Of a DNA stretch of 64,000 nt, positions 55,635-64,000 are shown one piece after another. This DNA comes from Eledone cirrhosa (taxonomy: Eukaryota), in contig OZ024740.1 in the NCBI GenBank assembly GCA_964016885.1, positions 339,946,001-340,010,000 on the forward strand. The letters run 5' to 3'. The translations under genes and the position numbers were made by a program. Every line of letters begins with the position of its first letter. Positions within the stretch are counted from its first letter, which is position 1. The notes under the pieces are model-generated. The model made no database searches, had not been told where the DNA came from, and saw only the letters and a list, made by a program, of their open reading frames with translations.

Positions 55635-57480
55635 GTAGTTTTAATATTAGTCCCTATTGCATGTGCAACCATGTGTCCCTAAAACATATTCAAATTCAAC
55701 GAGAAGATCTACACCCAATATGAGGGAGCAGCCATTGGCGTCAGCATAACTGGTGACGTTGCCAACCTTTTTATAGTATGGTGGGAAAGGAAACTCAAAG
55801 ATCTCCTTGATGAGAGTTCCATAGACCTCATCATGTACTCGAGTTACGTAGACGACATTAATATAGTAATAAGGACACCCCCACAAGAGAGTACTAACAA
55901 GTATAATTTTGAATGTAGCACAGTGGAAAGCATCCAGCAGATAGCTAATTCCATACACCAGAGTATAACTGTAACTATCGACTACCCTTCCAAACACCCT
56001 ATCAGTAGACTACCTGTATTAGACATGGAACTCTGGATTAACACTATAGACGAGAGGGCCCAAATTCTCCACTCACACTACACTAAACCCATGGCCTCCA
56101 AATACCTGATACTCAAAAACTCAGCAATGTCCAGTAGTGCTAAGTTTAATATTCTGATCGCAGACTTGGTACGAGCGACCCAACAGAAATGGAAAGACAC
56201 ATCCAACACTTCATCAACCGCATGCAGTTCTCTGGCTACAACCAAAGAGACAGAATCAGAGTATACGAAGGAGCCATGGAGAAGTGTAAGACCCTCATAG
56301 AACTGGACAAGAAAGGAATTTGCCCATTATACAGGAGCAAATCATGGAATAGCTTAGATAGGACTAAACATAAGATAGGGAAAGCCACCTCATGGTATGA
56401 CAACCAGAGATACCAGAGCGTCATGTTCGTGGATGCTACCCCTGGAGGGAAATTAGCTAACCAGTGTAGAAAGACCCTGAGAAAGACCCACTTAAAGATT
56501 AAGGTGGTAGAAAAGCCAGGAACTACCATAAAATCCCTGATCAGCAAAACATACCCTTTTAAGAAAACTCACTGTACTAATAGGAAATGTATTATATTTA
56601 AAGTAAACCCCGGATAAACTGTAAAACTAAAAACGTAGTCTATAGCATAAGATGTACAGAGGGTACTTGCAGAAACATGACAAAAACATACATTGGTGAG
56701 ACAGCTCGTAGCATAGGTGAAAGGATAGACCAACACCGGGGGGGAACTAAAAGGTGAAAAATGGTTCAGTACTATACGAACACGCCAGACAACAACATGA
56801 CGGTAACATAGACAACATAGAGATTAAAATAATGTCTAAACATAGGAATGACCCAGCAGATAGGCAAATCAGAGAGGCCAATGAAATAGAACTTAGAAGG
56901 CCAAAGCTAAACAGAAAAAATGAATGGAATAACAACAGCACCCAAACAAACAACACTGACCTAAGAGAAGTATAAATAAATAAATATATACACAAGCACA
57001 ATAACAACAAACACATATAAACACACACTAGTAAACTAAGATAGAATACAATAACCAAAACACAGTCACCCAAACGCGAACACACACCAAACATTATACA
57101 CACACGCAAATGCATGTGCAGAGAAGGAGACAAAAATAAATAAATAAATAGATTAAATAAAGATGGCGTAGATATACAATACAACAGGAGGAACATAATA
57201 GCACCACTGACGATGTTGCAGATGTGCAACGAAAGAACTTTGTTAGACTATATATATGTGTTTGTGTCTATATTATATCTGTATTTTTTACCATTGGTCA
57301 GTCAATAGTAAACATTGAGGACCAAATGAATTAACTGATATAAAAGATACAGGAGCGAAAACCAACCAAACAGTGTTCTGTTATTAATTCTGGCAATATT
57401 ACACAAATATGACCCTCCCCAAGCATAACAATATTTGTTACGACACACGATTTCATATCAAAAACCTCGCAAAACAAATA
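55635..57480 (+). mobile_element. Penelope-like element (RT C-terminal half + GIY-YIG + 3' UTR), right arm
   Basis: YVDDINI, LPVLDMELW, HYTKPMAS, RMQFSGY, VMFVDATPGGKLA, Cys-rich linker, NVVYSIRC..YIGETARSIGERIDQH. Hammerhead-like CTGACGA-t-gttgca(gatg)tgcaac-GAAA at 57207-57234. Confidence 0.92.
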
Positions 57481-57482
57481 TA

Positions 57483-57499
<17 letters not shown>

Positions 57500-57514
<15 letters not shown>

Positions 57515-57850
57515 AATGAAATTATTGTGCACAGTGCTCAGGTGCACTACAACTCATCAAAGGTGCATGTATAGTACATAGAATAATGTTCAAATGTCAG
57601 GAAAATGAACAATGTACGATTCATGAAATACATGTGTCCGTGTGTGTGGAGGGGGGACATCAGGTGCAGTGTTCGCGAATCTCAGGAAGCATGGAGGTTT
57701 TAAAGGATGCAGTGTCTCGACAGCTAACAACTGATGCAGGTAGTTTGTTCCATGCTTCAGCAACCCTGAGCATGAAAAAATGTTTCCGAAAGTCATGAGA
57801 GATGTGCTGTTTTCTGACTTTGTAGGCATGCCCACGTGTGTTAGACACAC
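57500..57850 (-). mobile_element. CR1-type LINE 3' end
   Basis: SNTRGHAYKVRKQH..RKHFFMLRVAEAWNKLPASVV; near-identical to 21950-22290. Confidence 0.85.
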
Positions 57851-59149
57851 ACACGAAATACGTGATTTTGTATATCTGGCAATATATGGTTATGTTTATA
57901 AATAAACATTTTGAAAGCCTTAAGCTATGAATTTGGAAACTGATGGCATAACACCATCTAGCATGTTCCAGCAGAAGCTAAGGATGGGTAACTAGCAATA
58001 ATGATGTCATCATTTCTGACTTGGTGGTTATCAAGCTAGTGCTTCTTACACCATATATATATATATATATATATATATGGAAGACCAAGGTTAACTTATG
58101 TTGATGCCCTAAGGACAGACATTGGTCTGTTGGAGACGCAGGACATGGCATCGATAATGAGGGACAGAGACCGCTGGAGAGAACTCATCCATGGATCTCG
58201 GGAATTTTACCCGCCCTAGAAAAAATATATATATCATCATCACTGTTTAATGTCCATTTTCCATGCTAGCATGAGTTAGTTGAGCTGTCCCATTGTGAAG
58301 GAAGCCATATCGGATGACTGTGTTTTGCTCATATAAAACTGGTTTCTATGGCTGGATGCCCTTCTTAACACCAGCCTTATTTACAGTGTGGGCTAGGTGC
58401 TTTTTGTCATGACACCTACATGACCACTTTACAGTGTGGGCTAGGTGCTTTTTGTCATGTCACTAACACGACCACTTTACAGTGTGGGCTGGGCGCTTTT
58501 AGCCATGGCACCTACACAACCACATTACAGTGTGAACTGGGTGCTTTTTGTCGTGGCACCAAAACAACCACTTTACAGTGTGGACTGGGGACTTGGATGG
58601 GGGAGGGGATTGGGGAGATAGATCTATGAGCATTGGTAATGAGTAGGGTGTTACATGGGAGGTGTATGGAAGGGGTGATGGAGAGGAAGGTGGCGCATAC
58701 TTGTTGTATGCCTCAACTCATGCACATTGGAAGGCAGGTCTTCTGTATTACTGCATAACGCCAGAGATCACCGTCCTGTGTCATCGCCTATATATGTGTG
58801 CGTGTGTGTATACAGATATTTATTACACTAAATATATTGTTATTTTAGGTACACATGTTTCTTTGGCTGACTCTTTCAGATATTTCTAATCAAGCCCCAC
58901 ATCATTAGCTTTTATTGACAACATTTTGTAATGGTTGTGTCCGTTTCCTTTGAGTTTGAAAGAATTCCAAAAAGGAAAGCAGAAAAAAATAATAAATTTT
59001 AAAAGAAAGATGATTATATATATAAAGTAATAAAGGAAACATTAAGGAAAGTAATTTGGTGATTAAAAATGGTCTATGAAAAATATATTCTTTGAGAAAG
59101 TAAAGGGAGCTAACTGTTGTAGGGTCCAAATGGAGTTGGCAAGTAAAAT

Positions 59150-59420
59150 GAGTTTGTAGAGGAGGGCCCATGTGGAAATGGATATGGGATATCAGGGGTC
59201 AGTGAACAAATTTTTCCTTTTCTTCAAGATGTATTTAGTGGCATGGGGGCTGTAATTGAAGAAATGTGTGTGTGTATGTCTATCCCAATATTTAGGCAGT
59301 TGGTGGAGTTGCGCAACTTTTTTAGAATGTTCCATGTTTCTGCTGTACACAATTGGCATGATCTCTTGCCATTTTCATAGGGTCGGGATCTAAAACTTTG
59401 TACCATGCATCTTAAAACTC
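59150..59420 (-). mobile_element. Naiad-like Penelope GIY-YIG C-terminal fragment
   Basis: RSRPYENGKRSCQLCTAE..IL....NCLN resembles the CxLCxxE..LN motif at 34200-34270. Confidence 0.5.
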
Positions 59421-59516
59421 ACTAGTCCACAGTACTATTCATACCATGTTGCACTGCCTCTCCTCTCTCAAAGAAATTATTATTTCCAATCAATGAAATC
59501 GAAAATCCACACTTAC

Positions 59517-60701
59517 CGTCATTTATTTCTACTTGAGATCCTATTCTGTCAATAAGGATGTCTTCAGATTTCGTATCTGTGATGTTAGAGGCAGAGATAT
59601 TCTTCAGCTCCTGCAGCATCTGTTCACTATCGTTTTCTCCATCACTGTTGGACATAACAGTAACAGTATCAACAGATGGTGCGAGATTGGAATTTTCTGA
59701 ACTTTCAGCTAACGATTCGTTTTGACGTTCCACTAATTGTTCTTCTTCATTTTCTAGGTTTTTTATTTTTAAACTAGATTGTTGCAATAATAATAACAAA
59801 TTAGTGATGTCAGCCATATTTTTTTTCTCTTCTTCAATCATTTTTTTTTCTTTATTTAAAATTTCTTTTTTTGACAAACCATCAAAAGTATGGGTCTGGT
59901 TTTCACCAGCTGCATTAGTAAAATTTGATGTAAATGTTTCATTATCCTCAATACCAGCTACTACAGTGTTATTTGTCACAGATGCTGCAACAGCTGCACC
60001 ATTCACATCATCAGCTACTTCAGTGTTATTTGTCACAGATGCTGCAACAGCTGCACCATTCACATCATCAGCTACTTCAGTGTTATTTGTCACAGATGCT
60101 GCAACAGCTGCACCATTCACATCATCAGCTACTTCAGTGTTATTTGTCACAGATGCTGCAACAGCTGCACCATTCACATCATCAGCTACTTCAGTGTTAT
60201 TTGCCACAGATGCTGCAACAGCTGCACCATTCACATCATCAGCTACTTCAGTCTTATTTGCCACAGATGCTGCAACAGCTGCACCATTCACATCATCAGC
60301 TACTTCAGTGTTATTTGTCACAGATGCTGCAACAGCTGCACCATTCACATCATCAACTACTTCAGTCTTATTTGCCACAGATGCTGCAACAGCTGCACCA
60401 TTCACATCATCAACTACTTCAGTGTTATTTGTCACAGATGCTGCAACAGCTGCACCATTCACATCATCAACTACTTCAGTGTTATTTGTCACAGATGCTG
60501 CAACAGCTGTACCAGCCACATCATTAACTATTTCAGTCTTATTTGTCACATATGCTGCAACAGCTGCACCATTCACATCATCAGCTACTTTAGTTTCATT
60601 TGCCATAGATGCTGCAAGAGCTGTAGCAGCCACAACACCGGCTGCACCACCCACTGCACCAGCTGCTACAGTTTCATTGGTCACAGATTTTGCACCACTA
60701 G
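59517..60701 (-). CDS. internal exon of an acidic, Ala-rich repeat glycoprotein (11 x 19-aa repeats + coiled-coil-like segment)
   Basis: Acceptor tataattttataatttcAG, donor GACG|GTAAGT, 1185 nt, phase 1-1, fully open. 57-bp repeat N[NKE]TEVADDVNGAAVAASV[TA]; many further N-x-S/T sequons. Confidence 0.85.
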
Positions 60702-60789
60702 CTGAAATTATAAAATTATACTTAATTTATTATATGTGCTTTCATATATCTGTTTATCGATGTATGTTTATATTTATGTAGAACTCTTC

Positions 60790-61035
60790 AGATGAGCTGC
60801 ATAGCTCTACAGATAGACCATTTAACTCTACAGATAGATCATTTAATTCTACAGATAGAGTATGCAGCTATAGAAAAACAATTTAACTCTACAGATGGGT
60901 TGTGTAGCTCTACAAATAAACCATTTAAACCAAAAGATAGCTTGCATAGTTCTACATATGGGCTGTGTAATTCCACAGATAAATTATTTAACTCTGCAGA
61001 TAGACTATATAGCTTGATGGATAAACTATATAGTA
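60790..61035. repeat. degenerate 21-bp tandem repeat (ATTTAACTCTACAGATAGACC-like), intronic
   Basis: Seen directly, about 11 units. Confidence 0.8.
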
Positions 61036-62349
61036 TTTCTTTTCATTGTTTAGTGAAGAAGAGAAAGGCTGTGCCTATGACCCATTTCAGGGTATTTGAG
61101 ACTGCTGGGAGAAAAAGAGGCAGAAAAATATCCTCAAACTGAAGACCTGATGCAAATGCTAGCAACAAAGTGGACTCAAGTAATGACTCCCAGGGATCAG
61201 GTGGTGGTGTTGAACTTAGAAAATGTTTAAGTCAACCACCAAGTAGACCACAAGCAGGATTTGAACTCAGAATACAAAGAGCCAAAACAAATACTGCAAG
61301 GCTTCTTGTCCCATGCCAACAATTCTGTCAATCCATCTCTTTAAACTGGTACTTTGTTTTATCGACTGTACGGGTGAAAGGAAAAGATGACCATGGCAAG
61401 ATTTGACCTCAGAGTTCAGATAGCTATAACAAATACTGCAGATAGGCTGTTTAACTTTACAGAGAGAGTGTTTAGAGTGTTTATCTCTAGACTTTGGTGA
61501 AACCGCGAATGGCTCAGGAACCGGACCTAATCCTCGGGACTGTATTCCTCACCGCGAGGAGAGTGGATAACTGTGGCAATTCTAGAGCTTTGTAGATCCA
61601 CAGATAGATTGTGAATATCAATTTAACCATACAAATAGATATATATTAAATTGTGCACTAAGCAATCATTGTATATAAGGTGATATCTATATAAATACAG
61701 AATTGAGGTAACTATGATTGCATAAATGTTATCGTCATCATCGTCGTCATTTAACATCCATTTTTCATGCTAACATGGGTAGGACAGGCTGTCCCTTTGT
61801 GAGAGATCAGATCGAAGAACTGTGTTTCACTCACACAGAACTGATTTTGGCCTGGTTTCTATGGCTGGATACCCTTCCTAATGCCAAACATATGTGTATA
61901 TAGATTTACACATTTTTAGTATTTTATATAAAAATACCAAATATATGTATTTCCTTGGAAATTGAAAAAAATGGTAAACGCCTTGAATAAATTTTTTAAC
62001 TTAGTTGGGTTCCTCATCAAAAGGTGCATATATCATGTAAACAACTACAAGGAAATACATAACTGAGGGGATTATATACCCTACCACTTATAGTAGTGTC
62101 CTAAAATGGATATACTAGTTTGCATATTATTAGCACTTATGTTGGTAGTTAATTAAGATATAAAGTTATCTGTTAAGTTATAATCTATAGAGTGTGTCTA
62201 CAGGTAGACAAGGTATTTATCTAAACAAGAGAATGAATCTCTACAAATAGACTGTAACTATGGATCAACTCTGTACTATTGCAATGTACATCAAAGATGG
62301 TTATTACACATTGAGCTAATCAACAAATCCCAAACAATTTTCTACTTAC

Positions 62350-62472
62350 TGTAATCTTTGCATAACAATTCAATTTTTTCAGTAACATCATCACTTAAAT
62401 CCTGTAAATTATCAGCCAATGTTTCCAGCTTCGTGATCAGGTTATCAACTTTATACAGTGGGTTCGAGCTAT
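62350..62472 (-). CDS. upstream exon of the same gene (helical/coiled-coil-like, one Cys)
   Basis: Acceptor tttttcttatttcAG, donor TACA|GTAAGT, 123 nt, phase 1-1: xSSNPLYKVDNLITKLETLADNLQDLSDDVTEKIELLCKDY(T). Not present in the ORF track. Confidence 0.8.
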
Positions 62473-63304
62473 CTGAAATAAGAAAAAGTAGGTTTTATCC
62501 CTGTTGTTATGTGTATTTAGTTTATATTTGGTGGAGACAGAGTGGCACCAATAACCTTTGCAAGGTCTCCTGAACTGATATTTGATCCAACTCTCAGCAC
62601 TCTAAGCTCAAATCTTGTTACAGTCAGCTTTACTTTTCATCCTTTCAGAGTCAATAAATAAAGTACTAATCCAAGGCAATGGATTGCTTAGATCGTTAGA
62701 GTGTCAGACAGGATGCCTTGCAGTATCTCTTCTGATTTTGTGTGTTCTAAGTTCAAATCCAACTTTCTGTCACCAGAAAATTGATAACAGAGGCAGATTA
62801 AGATTGTTGGGGCCTCAGTTAAAAATTTCATTGGTGAAGTGTGTGAGGATATAGTAGCAAAAAAAAATAATTTTGGGCCCCTTACATAATGTAGGGCCAC
62901 TGGGTTAGAGCCTCTATCATTTAAACACTTCTTCCTATGAGAGGCAACTTCATAGGACACCAGCTAAATATATACAGCAATGAACTATAACAACTCGCTA
63001 AAAATGCTAGGTCAGGCCCATAGACACACTGCTCCCTTTCTCTTCCTATTCTATTGCAACTACAGAAGCTTATGCTCTTCTGAACCAGCTAGTTGCATAC
63101 CACCTCCACACATACACACAACAATGTATTTGACTTTATTCCTCCAATCACCATACTAAGTTGCAGAACTAATCTTCCCAGTCCCTCTTCACCTGCACAT
63201 CAATCTTCTGAAAATCCTTCTTGTGTTGACTTGTGATTAATGTAGTTATAAACAACAGCAGTGTCTTATAGAGAAGATGTTCCATGAGGTACAGCTACAT
63301 CAAT

Positions 63305-63475
63305 GCAAAGCTGGTAATAGACCAGGCCAGATATAAAATGCCTGTCCACTCTCCCAAAGCTGGTAATAGATTCAAACCAGATATAAAATGCTGTCTGCAC
63401 ACTCTCCCAGAGCTGGTAATAGACCAGGCCAGGTATAAAATGTTGTCTGCACACTCTCCCAAAGCTAGTAATAGT
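63305..63475. repeat. ~50-bp tandem repeat x3.5 (AGCTGGTAATAGA..CCAGATATAAAATG..CACTCTCCCA)
   Basis: Seen directly. Confidence 0.8.
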
Positions 63476-63629
63476 CCCTTGTAAGATGTTAAATAAAATT
63501 TCAAACAACTCATTATTAAGTAATCATTGGTAAATGTATATAAATTATGTATGTGTTAAGGGTATATACATCTACATGAGGTGTACATAATGTACTTACA
63601 AAAAACATTTAAAAAAATTAAAATTAGAA

Positions 63630-63912
63630 GGGACGTAGGTGTAAAAACCAAACTCACTATCTTCAATTCAGTATTTGTGCCACCACTTACCTATGGTCAT
63701 GAATGACCAAAAGAATACAATCACAATTACAAGCGGCCGAAATGTGGTTCCTCCAAAAGATCATTGGAGTAATGTTACTCAATAGAGTGCATAGCTCAGA
63801 GATGAGAGAGTCACTCCAGGTAGAGCTGCTACTTCTTCGAATTGAGAGATCACAGCTCTGATACTATGGGCATGTGGTTAGAATATCTCAAGAAAGAATT
63901 GCTGGACAGATT
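63630..63912 (+). mobile_element. RTE LINE 3' remnant
   Basis: FVPPLTYGHE, QLQAAEMWFLQKI, LLLRIERSQL*YYGHVVRI. Confidence 0.8.
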
Positions 63913-64000
63913 TGTGTGTGCCTGTATCTGTGTGTGTGGTGTGTGAGTGTGTGTCTGTGTGTGTATATGCATGTGTGTATGTAAATGTGCATGAGTGAGT

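Noticed and set aside
59804-60781. + strand Ala/Thr-rich (antifreeze- or mucin-like) and Gln/His-rich ORFs
   Set aside because: Shadows of the 57-bp repeat; the minus frame has canonical phase-matched splice sites, conserved sequons and a matching upstream exon

Overview
AT-rich, microsatellite-saturated eukaryotic DNA. The (TA)n/(CA)n density, tRNA-derived SINEs with a Meta-type core and RTE LINEs with (GAT)n tails suggest a cephalopod, probably Octopus (inference). Most ORFs in the supplied track are microsatellite artefacts. Host genes were reconstructed by hand from splice sites and phases: (1) the last exon of a single-pass membrane protein with a Tyr-motif-rich tail (283-665, +); (2) two divergent tandem paralogues encoding 2xIg-like + TM + short-tail proteins (21558-24562 and 38813-42573, +); (3) a minus-strand gene with a helical exon, a 1185-nt exon carrying 11 x 19-aa repeats that each keep an N-x-T sequon, and a probable last exon (49294-62472). 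The rest is mobile DNA: a near full-length decayed Tx1/L1-clade LINE placed directly behind the 3' end of an older relative, several RTE and CR1 fragments, at least three kinds of Penelope-like elements (one a ~3.7-kb head-to-head inverted pair; several ends carry hammerhead-ribozyme cores and fold-back palindromes), two Helitron-type elements, piggyBac- and pogo-type MITEs, SINE clusters and minisatellites. No database searches were run.
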